NCBI GenBank assembly: GCA_001949185.1
Contig: BDGG01000004.1
Span: 2,071,620 to 2,135,619 of the forward strand
Source of the DNA: Ramazzottius varieornatus
Lineage: Eukaryota > Animalia > Tardigrada
Reading direction: 5' to 3'
DNA: 64,000 bases
Numbering within the stretch: the stretch's first letter is position 1; the number at the start of each line of letters is the position of its first letter. Of the stretch, positions 37,856-48,921 are shown one piece after another. The notes beneath the pieces are model-generated. The model had not been told where the DNA came from and ran no database searches. It saw nothing but the letters and a program-made list of their open reading frames with translations. The translations under genes were made by a program, and so were the position numbers.

Positions 37856-39589
37856 ATGACGGCGAAGGAGATCGCATTTATAGCAATGCTGATGGAGGAA
37901 CGATTCGGAGCTGGACATGCACAAGTTAGCCGATTACTCTTAGAAACCGGCCTCATGCCCGTCACGGCTGTCTACCGAAGATGCCGACGGATGAATCCAA
38001 AAATAAAAGACAAAGTTCTGGAACAGATTTTGCACACGTTCTTTGAGCACGGCTTGCTGCTCGCTCAAACCTTCCCAGACCTCGCGGAAGACGGACCATA
38101 CATCTCTTTCGACCTGCACCACGCGTTCCTGACTATGGCTGAGCCAGTCATGTGCTATGCCGTTGAAGAACTGCTCGGTGACGACGCTGCTCGGGTGCTT
38201 TGCTTGGTTCTAGGTCTCGGAATGCCCAAAGCGGAAAAGGTGTTCGCTCTACTGGCACAGAAGGAAAGTTGGACGAGGGATAATGCGGAGAAAGTCATCA
38301 TCAAGTTACTCAAAACCAAGGTTCTGTCAGCGTTGGACTGTTTTATGAAGTACGACGACGATGAAAGGAAGATGGAGGTAGAGATGGTCGCAAGAAAGAA
38401 CTATTGGTCAAAGTTGGGCTTAATGGTTAATCGGAATCGTTTGATGGTTGCGGCTCTACTCTACATGACACAATCGAAAGTGGAGAACGAGCCAGCTTTG
38501 TCCTCGTATGGCTCCGATGTGTACCTGGGTCTTTGCCGAGCGTCCCTTTTTACGCCACTACGGACAGATTACCTTTGCGATGACTTGTTCCTACCTGTGA
38601 CAGCCGACGACGTGCTGCGAAACATCGAACACAACGTGGAGGAAATGAACATTGGTATCGTTCGACAAAACCTCGATGGAATCGTGGCTATGGTCGATGG
38701 ATTCCTACGTGAGTAGCCCTTGAAGCTATGAAGTCCAGATCGTTTAGTGGTAAATATTCGAGGTTTATCCAATTTCATTGAGTAATTATGGAAGCGGCAG
38801 AAAGTGAGATCGGCCATGTTAGATCGTCGCCGTGTTACGTCATCGCGGCATTACGCGATGACGTCGCACGTATGGTATCTGCGGGTGGCCGACTCAGTTC
38901 GTCTCTTTGTGCCTTTATCACTTCGAGTCTGACAGTCCGAGACGACAATATTCGTTTGTCAACCGTCTCGTCACCGTATTCTTTGTGCTGTTGTAGAAAC
39001 CGTGGACGATGGATACGCCATCAGAGGACCAAAGCTTCTCGGAATGTGGGCAGAAAGTATTCTGTACGAACAGCTCAAAGCGGAGTTCCCGCAAGTTGGA
39101 CTAGCCCGTGTCACCATGCAGTTCCTCCTTCGGCATCCGCGACCCTATGTCCAGGCCAAAGCCGTGGAAATGGACCTTTGTAGCAGTACTCACGCCTTAC
39201 GTTATGCGGTGAACGAGCTAGCGCGGTGCGGCTTCGTGGACCTCATGGGCACATCGCAAGCAGCATCGTTCGAGCCTGGACGTATGGAGTTGTTCCTCCA
39301 CGTTAACCTACCGAGACTCTATCGACAAAAGATTTTGCCGTCTCAACTACAAACTCTTTTTCGAAATCATTATTTGAAAAGCACTTTGAAAAAGTCGCAG
39401 GAAAATGTCCCGCCGTCGGAGTGCGATGAAAAGCACTGCAGGATGGAGTTGTCTTTTGCAGACTCGCTTTTGTTTTCCTTAATGTACATCAAAGCTTGTG
39501 GCGCGATCACCGATGAGAAGAGCAGTAGCGAGGCTTACTCGCTCCTAGAGTTCTTTAGTCGTAATACTATCCCAGAAGCTGAACAATAA
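37856..39589 (+). CDS. POLR3C: Divergent RNA polymerase III subunit RPC3/RPC62 homolog (2 exons, intron ~38709-38996)
   Basis: MTAKEIAFIAMLMEERFGAGHAQVSRLLLETG resembles human MTQAEIKLCSLLLQEHFGEIVEKIGVHLIRTG; VEELLGDDAARV; exon 2 DDGYAI...EPGRMELFLHVNL follows the RPC62 winged-helix pattern. Confidence 0.72.
38831..38870. repeat. Intronic hairpin ACGTCATCGCG-gcatta-CGCGATGACGT
   Basis: Perfect 11-bp stem extended by CGTG/CACG. Confidence 0.7.
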
Positions 39590-39819
39590 AATGTCATGTC
39601 ATATCGTATTACGCATACACAAACAAAGCGTATGTCATAATTATGACCCAGTGCTAAATTTAGCAACTTCCGCTGCCATTCTAACTCTACCGTCCTCAGT
39701 GACTTCTCACTCTTCTTGTTCTTCCTTTTGTTGTCTATAGTTGGGCATACGCTGGCCACGTCTTCCAGGTTGGTCATAGCGTTCGTAATAAGTGTACCAG
39801 GGACATCGGGATCGTTGAC

Positions 39820-42800
39820 ATGGCAGTCTCGACCATTCACCGGACTGCCAGCGTAGCTTGGTCGCCGTTAAACCACAACACTGTCTTATTGGCAGCTGGA
39901 ACAGCGGCACATCAAGTGGATGCATCGTTCAGTACCTCTTCATCTTTGGAAATTTTCGAATTCAACCCAGGGCATCTGCAGGCTGACCTTCCCTTGCGAG
40001 GTAGCGTCACATGCAAGGAGCGCGTGTATAAGCTTGTCTGGTCGCCACACTCCTCGGCGGATGATAACACAAGCCACGGTGGCATCCTGATTGCCGGAAT
40101 AGAGAATGGCGTTGTCCTGTACTCCGCGGATGCGGTGCTGTCGCAGAACCAGAGTGCTGCGGAGATTAAGCGTCTGCAGTCTCATACGGGAGCGGTTCAT
40201 GCCTTGGACCTTTCATCCTTAATGGTCTGTTTGCTTTTATGGGCTTTGTAGTTACGGACCGGAAGTGATCATATAGAATAATCTTCTGTTCCCCTATTGC
40301 AGCCTAATCTTGTCGCCAGTGGATCGTCCGAATCTGAAATCAACATCTATGACTTGAACAGAGCAGATGTCATACCTTCGGGACCGAAGTCGTATCCGCT
40401 GGACGAAGTTACCTCTGTGTCGTGGAACAGGAAGATTGGACACATTTATGCTTCTTCGTTTTCCAACAGATGTGTTCTGTGGGATTTAAGGAAGGGTGAT
40501 TCGATCATGAAATTACAGGACTCATCGACAAGAGTACGAATCCGTTGGCTGGATGTTTAGCTAAATGTACTTGAAACCTGATTCTAAGTTACTTTATTGG
40601 AGTGTTGTTTCAGACACGTTATAGGGCGATCGAGTGGAACCCCGACATCGCCACGCAACTCGCATTAGCTAGCGATGATGACCATTATCCATGCGTCCAG
40701 ATTTGGGACCTTCGGAATGCGTCGTCAGCCTTGAAGACCCTCGAAGGCCACACGCGGTTGGTGTACACGTATTCTTAGGCTTGGCGAGGTCCCCGAAATT
40801 CTTCGTAAACCAGCACTAATGAGGTCCTTTTTACGCTTGCAGGGGTATTTTGTCTGTTGGATGGTGTCCGCATGATTCGAGCTTTCTAATTAGCGCAGCC
40901 AAAGACGGCCTGGTTTATGGGTGGAATGTGGCAGAAGAGCAACGACCGGAAGTGAGTGCCGTTCTTTATTTTGTAAAAATTACACGAAAATTTACACCTT
41001 AGCATCTTTGTTTAGGTGGTATATGCGTTACCGCAGTCCAAAGGATGGCCTTTCGAAGTGTCCTGGTCTCCGCGGATTCCATCAGTGTTTGCTGTCTCGT
41101 CCTCCGATAACCAAGTGAAGATATGCGACATCTTGGGCGGAGCAGTACAACCGGATAAAGCGAATACCGCAGCACCTTCTAACGTCAGCTTTGTCTCGTG
41201 TCTTTGAAGGTTCCGGTATTTCCTCTGGCATATCTTTGAACACTACCTCTTTTACAGCTGGAGGAATCGTTTCCTGGAATGCAGATCGGGCTCTCTTTCC
41301 AGAACGCTACTCCGCAGCCTTCCCGGACTTCTCAAAATATTCGAAAAGCTCCCAAATGGCTGCGACGACCCGGAGCCCTCTCTTTTTCGGTATTTATGCT
41401 TTAGTATTCCGATTCATGGTAGGACACGCAGGAGAAAACTTTGAATTAAGACTGGCCAACGATTTTCAGCTGGATGGTAAACTGGTTCGCTCCTTCTCGG
41501 AACAAGAAGTTGCCGGTCTCGAGTTGTCGAGCGTTTCGTCATCGAAGGACAGACAGTTCGTGGAAGACGCATACTTTCTGGACCAATGTTTGGGCCAAGA
41601 TACACTTTTGCAGTACTGTGAATTACAAGCTGAACACTGCTCGACTGACCAACAGAAACTGGAATGGGAATATGTCAAGGTTAGAACACGCGAACATGAG
41701 CAGGTCTTCCAAGAAAATGACGGTTGTATTGTTTCAGGCGTTCTACGACTCCGATCCGCTGTTTACGGCGAAGAGATTACTGGGCATGGTCATAAGTGCG
41801 AGCTCCAGTACAGATCCCGATTCACGATCCTCGAGTGCGAACTTGAACGGTGCGACCGGGGTCGCCAACGGGTTGCTTCGTATTCCGAAAGGAAATGGTA
41901 AGCGGATAGTGGAGTAGCTGGAACAGCGCAATAAGTAGACCAAGTTTGTTGAGATTTGTCCAATGAAATATACCAGTAAGGACGCAGACTCTTGCTGTAA
42001 CATAATCGTTCCATTACAGATGCCGAAGGAGCTGTCGCCAACGCCTTGGTTTTAGGAGACGTGACAGCGGCTGTTAACTTGTGTCTAACTGGTGGGCGCG
42101 AAGCTGAAGGACTGTGCTTGAGCCTCATCGGGTCGGAAGCAGCTATCTCTCCATCGTTCGTGAATGCACGAGAAATTTTCTTTGCCTCACGAGGGGCGGA
42201 CTTGTCCAAGATCATACATAGTTTATTGAGACAAGACGCACAATCTCTTCTTAACCTTGCGGATTCTACGCAGTGGAGAGAAATCGCTCTCCTGTTTGCA
42301 AATTACTTTCCACCAGCCCACTTCCGGCCGCTGATCTGTGAGCTCTTGTAACTCATCTCAGTGTTACTCCAGAGAAACATCGGTCTCTGTTTGCAGATCA
42401 GCTTAGCCAGACTGTAGAAAGTTCATCGGACCGAACACTGTGCGCGATACTTTCCGGAAACCTCGAAACGTTGGCCGCGATCTGTCTAGAAACGATCAGT
42501 TCGACATCACCAAGTTCCAGTTTGTTTGCTTCTTTGCACCATGCAGTGCAGAAAGTATTGGTTCTTTCTCGAGGCGTCTTCGGAAGACAACCCGCTTTCT
42601 TCGGTAAAAACTCGGTTCGTTTACTGACCGAATATTGTCTCCACCTAGCAGCACATGGAGAATCCGCACTGGCCCTTCGTTTCGCAAATTTGGACTCATC
42701 GGTGCGTAGGACTACTTGTGTATTTTTCGTAAAGTGAAATTAAATGACGAATCTGTTTTTTTTCCAGAATTCTCTGCTCTGGTTGAAGAAGCAGCTGCAG

Positions 42801-44410
42801 AGCACTCTGCCTCCAGCATCGCATAGACCTCTCTCGAACAAGCTGTCACACCCATCAGTTCCTTCACCGTTTGAAAAGCGGCCCAACCTTGTGCCAACTC
42901 CAGCTCAAAACCAGTACGGGAATTCTTATGGTGGAATGCAGCCTACTTATAATTCCGCCTTTCCTGCTTTAAAACCGGTACCACAAGCTTCCGGATCATA
43001 TCCAGGCGTCGTACCTCCACCAATCCAAAACACAGGTAGGTGAATTCCGGACAATGTACTCCTGTTGGCGATACTGGTGACTGCAATACTACCAAGTTTC
43101 GGGAAGAAGTAACCATAACAAGAGTAGGAAAACCTAGTCCAGTTTCAGCTCCTACCCTTCGATTTTGTGTTCTACAGCGACACAGCCAACTTTTTACCAG
43201 CCGCTGGGACCACCACCTTCCCCTATGTCCGCACAAGCGTTCCAGAACCCTCATCTGCCAACATCTTTCCCAAGTTATCCCCCTCGTTCTCCATCCACAA
43301 ACCTGGCCGGATCTATGCATAACAGGCCTGAGTATCAGCAGGGACCGCCAGCTTCTCCGTTCGTGCCGTCCACGGCAGCGGTGGCGCCACCACCACCTAC
43401 TTCCGGCCAGTACTACGATCCCACCGTGCAAAGTACTGCGACAGCCCAGCCTGGCTTCCAGGATATCTCTCCTCGTGTACCATCTTACCAGTACCAGAAA
43501 CCAGCTACTGGCTGGAATGACCCACCGTCCCTGTCGTCCTTGCAGAACAGACGGTCCACCCTTAGCCAAGACTCACCTTCAGCCGTCGCACCAGCTCCTA
43601 TATCCCAGCCCTTTCCACAGTTAGCAGCAGGCACACCTATCCCGATAGGTAACAGTATTAATTTCGAAAGCTTGAATGCAGAATCGATTCTTGTGCTCAC
43701 TGCTGTTCTGTTTCAATAGGTACTGCAATAATAGGACCACCTCCACCTACGGCGAATTCTGACCCATCCCTTGTCCGCCAGCATTCGGGTGTTATGGCCA
43801 ACATGATGCCTAATGGGACAATTCCAGCTTACCAACACAACGGAACGACTCTGTCCTTTCCTCCTTTACATTCTTCGGCAACAAGCAACGTATTTGCTGT
43901 TATTAAAGGACCTCGGAGTATTACGCTTCCTTTCAACTGCGTATTTTTTCCAGGAGGTTTCCAGCATGAGCAGTCCAGTTCAGCAGACTCCGGCTGCTGA
44001 GAAGCCACCGATTCCGTCCGAATATTTGCCGCTGTCTGAAGGATTCGCAGCGTTGTTTGAAAGAACGAAGGCTCGTGTATCTGCCCAAATGGATTCGGTA
44101 AGGATAAGTCCATATCTTGCAATCGAAAGCGGTACTATGGTGGGTGATTTATCTGTCGTAGTATTCGATGCGTAGAGTGGAGGACGTCAGTAAGAAACTG
44201 GAGAACCTCAACGACTGTCTGCGGCATGGGAAGTTATCCTCCACGAGCCTTTCTGGTTTGTCACAGACCCTTCAGTGCGTACAGAACGGGGACTATGGAA
44301 CCGGCTTGCAATGTCATGCTGCCTTAACTACACAGTGTTCTTTCCTGGAAGTCGGTTCCTTTCTGCCGGCCATCAAAATCCTGCTACAATTGGCTCAGCG
44401 CTACGGTTAG
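39820..44410 (+). CDS. SEC31: COPII coat protein Sec31
   Basis: IHRTASVAWSP...LLAAGTAAHQVDASFSTSSSLEIF; WD40 repeats; IEWNPDIATQL; Pro-rich region with GWNDPP; C-terminal helical domain RRVEDVSKKLENLNDCLRHGKLS. Confidence 0.95.
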
Positions 44411-45543
44411 TGCACACTGCACACGAGCGGCTGCTTTTGGCCTTTTATTTTTTCGAATTTAAAACAGTTTTTTAACTCATGCAGTTTGCAAAGTAAGCCT
44501 GTGACGTTCGCGCAATTTCTGCTGTCTGGGTCTCGTGGTCTTTGTAGCTTTTGTTGTTCCGGTGATACGTCTATGCGAATTTCTCCTTCGTCTGTAAAGG
44601 TCTCTGCATTCTTATTTTATGTATTTAACCCGACTTTCATAAAATTTGCACCTTCTTCACTCGTAGTACATCAGATTGTAGCGCTGCACCACGTATATTA
44701 TCTCATGTCACATTGTAAGCCACAGTGACGACATGCATGAACAACCGGTTTTTGTTTACGCAGTGACGTTCATTTTAAGGTGATTCAATCGAGTTGACAG
44801 GTGAGCCTCAGGGATGCTGTGTGTATGCACCGAGTATTGATCTACCATTTCTATCTGGCAGAAAGCTGCAGTTGTGGAAAATAGAAATATGTGCTGTCAG
44901 GGGAAGTACTCCAAGTGAACGCAGATGGTACTGCCCACCTTGTGGTACCTGTACAGGATCCCATTGTGTACCAAACAAAGTCCCCGCCCCACGATGCTTG
45001 GCACACTTACCTGTAACGCAGGCAAGGATTCGGTAACACTGCTGAGACTACAGAACACCGATTCTTATTGCCTATCTTGCCATCTAAACATCGAAGCCCT
45101 ATTGATTTATCAGCTTGATTTTCGGGCTTTCACAGAACAGATATCCCACATGCCTTCAGCAGCTCAACTGCGTCCTTGATAACTCTGAAAGCATTTGCCT
45201 CTTTGACTGCGCAGATAGTTTTTGTAGATTTAGCGGAAAGCTGTGGCTGAAGAAAAGGAACTCTGGAAGAAGAACGGCTACGGATTTCCCAGCACTGGAT
45301 GCGGATGCAGCTCATTGTTGCACTTCCGCATTGAGAAAGCGTAACAGGACATATTCCAGCCGCTGCTAGTGAATCGGCTTTCTCCCCTTGTATCGCGGTG
45401 GAGGATTGAGGTAAGTTTGTGTGATCAACTTTTCGTGTTGGTTTGGGTACCTGTAAATTTGTCCAAGCACTGTCGATGATGTGTCATTTTTCTCTGTGCA
45501 TCTTGGTTTCAGTTTACGCACGAAGTGATTACCGTATTACACA

Positions 45544-47743
45544 ATGGATCACGTGACCCACCAGGATGTGCCTGACCGCCGAAGCGGAGCAGTTTCACCC
45601 ACCTGGGTCCAGTTCGAGGAAACCGGAGAAAGCGTTGTCGATCCTACAGCAGTCCACGTCGTGCTGCCCAAACCGCCCAAGAAGAGCGACATACCCAATG
45701 GACTTTCTTCCGGACTGATGTCACCGGTTTCACTGCAGTCACCTGTTCCCCCTCCCCTGACTCCTGAGCAGCAAGCTGAACTAGAGCGAGTCGACCGTCT
45801 GCAGCAGATACTACAGTGCAACCCATTGGCTTCCGTCACGATTCCGGAAGAGACGGCCATCTCTTTCGGTAAACTATTCCAATGACCGCATTTATCTACT
45901 GTACAGCTTCCCATCTCTTGTTTTACAGAGGAGCGGGAAAATGGTAAGGTCTTGACCACGCTGAAGCCGGCGAACGAACGATGTGCATGGATCACGCCTC
46001 CAGTCTATCACCCGGAAATGGTCCCCCAACGAGTTGCCGACTTCCTTCAGGCACGCTCGACCATCTTTTCCCAAATTTACATCCTTGTTGCTTCTGATGA
46101 CCGTTGTGATCAGCGTTAACTTGAACAGCTGTTTCGTGTTGCAGGTGCCGTTGGAAGACTATGTGATATGCTTGGAGGTTCTGGTCAAGGATTACCGTTT
46201 CCGAATTTTCGCGGTCCTGTACAAGCGACTGATCGGCATTTGGCTACTACTCACCGTCATAGTTCTACTGGTCCTTCTGTTTACCGGGCTTCGCGGCATT
46301 GTAAGTGTTATCTCAGAAATTTCTTGGGGAACCAATATCATATTACACGAATTAGATCGTTATCCTACTTGTTTCTGCAGAACCTTTTCGTGGCTGGGTT
46401 GATTTGGCTGATCGTCGCCGGAACCGGGATGTGTTTCTGCCTTTATGCGAAGAAGAAGGTGCCGCTTTTCTGTTTCTGGTTTACCGAACATCCAGCCAAC
46501 TTTCGTTTTGTTTGCCCAGATGAATGACGGACTTCGGGATGCAGTGGCGACTGCGAACAAATTCACAATCAAGCAGCGGCTTATCGTCGGGGTCGATGAC
46601 AGGGGCAAACTTTCGATGCACAAGGTAGGCAGGACCTTGAAGCTTGAAGGAGTCTCACTTAAAATTTAGTTGAGGGCTCCTCTCACCGCCGGCACCACGG
46701 ATGGGCTCATCTCTCCAGTAATAATTAGACTTTTGACACCACCCACGGCTCATCGCACCACCACCCATAATTATATTTCAACTCGAGGCGACCGAAATAC
46801 TTGAAACTATGTAGTATGTCAGAAATTTGTCGCTGGGAGAATACATCAGCCGGTGGGGTAACAAAGAACTCACAGAAGTAGCACAGCGGACATACTCATT
46901 TGGACCAACACAGCTATTCAAGAACGACGATTTCCGGGACGACGCTGCGATCGGCGTTAGGTTGTGACTCCGGTGCCCATTGGGCCAAATACGCCACCGC
47001 GTCGTCCGGCGTAATGAAGGTAACGTTGTCCTGGTAGTTGTCCTAGAACAACTCGCGCGGCTGCGCCACCCTTTCGTGGTGGTGGTGGTGAACTCGAGGT
47101 TTTCTGGTGCGTCTCACCACATTTAAAAAAGTGGTGAGAAGAGCCCATCGGTAGTGTGTCAATCAAAACCGGTGTGAGATGAGCCCATCGGTGGTGTCGG
47201 TGGTGACAGGAGCCCTCACCATTTAGGTGAGCATTTATTCAACAGATATATCCTCGTTCTTTCAGACTTTCGTACTGCTGATGTACTACGATGTGAGCGA
47301 CTGTATCATTAAAATCGCCGAACTTCTTCGGAGCTCAAAGATTGTCAGCATACAGAACGTAAGAAAACATTTCATTATTTGCTATATCACCTTCTTGTGA
47401 CGGTAAACATCCGTCGTGCGTGTTACAGGGAAGCACCATTGCTTTCTCGCATCCCAACCCGGATATGGATGTGGCCCAAACGTCTGTGATGGACAAAGCG
47501 GAGACCTTGCTCCTGCGCTGTGTGCAGCCTTATGTGAAGGAGATCGCCAGGCGGAGACTACACTTCGTCACGGCCAAGATTGGTGAAGACCCTGTGGATG
47601 GTGTTGATGGGTCGCCGGCTACCAACATGGTCCCTCGCCACTGTAAGACTTGCTGGTGCCTGTGTCAGTATGTAGATCGCCAGGTCATTCGTAGGAAGCC
47701 TCGCAAATGGTTTACAAAGTTCTTCAGCGAGGATGTTTCATAA
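45544..47743 (+). CDS. TMEM268: TMEM268-like two-TM protein
   Basis: NGKVLTTLKPANERCAWITPPVYHPEMVP...|VPLEDYVICLEVLVKDYRFRIFAVLYKR, two hydrophobic helices, IVGVDDRGKLSMHK, PRHCKTCWCLCQYV. Confidence 0.75.
46669..47220. mobile_element. 552-bp MITE in a TMEM268 intron, ~50-bp TIRs, ATTTA 5-bp flanking duplication
   Basis: Left G(T)TGAGGGCTCCTCTCACCGCCGGCACCACGGATGGGCTCATCTC versus right reverse complement G(G)TGAGGGCTCCTGTCACCACCGACACCACCGATGGGCTCATCTC; ATTTA at 46664-68 and 47221-25; subterminal repeats. Confidence 0.82.
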
Positions 47744-48921
47744 GGAATCTCAAGAGTTTCAAGTCTATTTCAACCTCGCAGCAGCTGTAACCTCAAATTC
47801 GACGTGACCAGCATGGAAGTTTTACAAAGTTTTTTGATATTCTTCAAATTTCATCAGAAGGCTTTTTTCCGATTTTAAAGTTTTATCGTGTTCACTCGGT
47901 CGTCAGAAATGATGGGCTGAATTATGATTTGTTATCGTAATGAGAGGTGTTCGCGCATGATGATGGCACAGAAATACTGAGTTAGCATATTAATCAGGCT
48001 CTGTTGCCGCTCCAAATATTTTCGCGGTTTTCTCGTTGAACCAACTTGCCTCAGTTTTAATAAAAGGAAAAAAAAAAAGAACTCCAATATTAGAGGAAGT
48101 GTGTGGTCAGATATGATGGGCGGTTTTGTTTTTCTTGTTCTCAGCACCAAGCCATAATTACGGGGTCGTCCTCACTGTTTTCTTTAATCCTTTTGCCTCT
48201 TCATGGTTGGTCTCACCAGCCCATAGTGCGTTTTGATGAAAGGGTTATCGAGGTAAGTTTCGACTCGAAAGGGCGGTCACCTCCTCGATGGCCCTTATAC
48301 ATAGCAGTCATGCAGAAAGAAGCATGTCGTACAAGATAGTCAGATGTTGCTGAAAGAAACGTTAGAATTGATCGGTGCCGATCCTGGCTTGATTCTGATC
48401 TCACAGACAGTTTTACCGCGGCGAGAGAGGGTTTTCTCTTGACTTTCAGTTTAAATTTACGGTCTTGTCACTAGTCATTGCTTCTTGAATATTAAGGCAG
48501 CTTTGCGCGATCGCTTCGCCGCTGAAAGCGACAAATTATTCAAGACGGATTCTCAGGTTCCTTCAACAGCAGCTTCCTCGTCCACACTGACAGAGTGTGT
48601 GGCTATTGATTTTCTCTCGTATGTGGTATGTACGCGTATGTCGGTCTTGAAGCTTGAACAGTTGCTGCAGTCGGATGTTTGTTGCCATCTTATTATTGAT
48701 ACAGCGGAAAAAGTTGATGGTGGATCGAGCCAGTGAGCTGCGAATTGCTCCACACTTGCTACTGATCGAGCTGTTAATTTCAGGAAGCAGCAGCATGCCT
48801 GATCGTCCTTGTCAATCCTCCTCATCGAAGGCAACCGTGCTCGATCATATGCTCTGCAGCTCGTCCCGTTGTTTCTGCAGGTGTACGGCGAAGCTTACCG
48901 ATCGGCGCCTGGACTGTCTGG

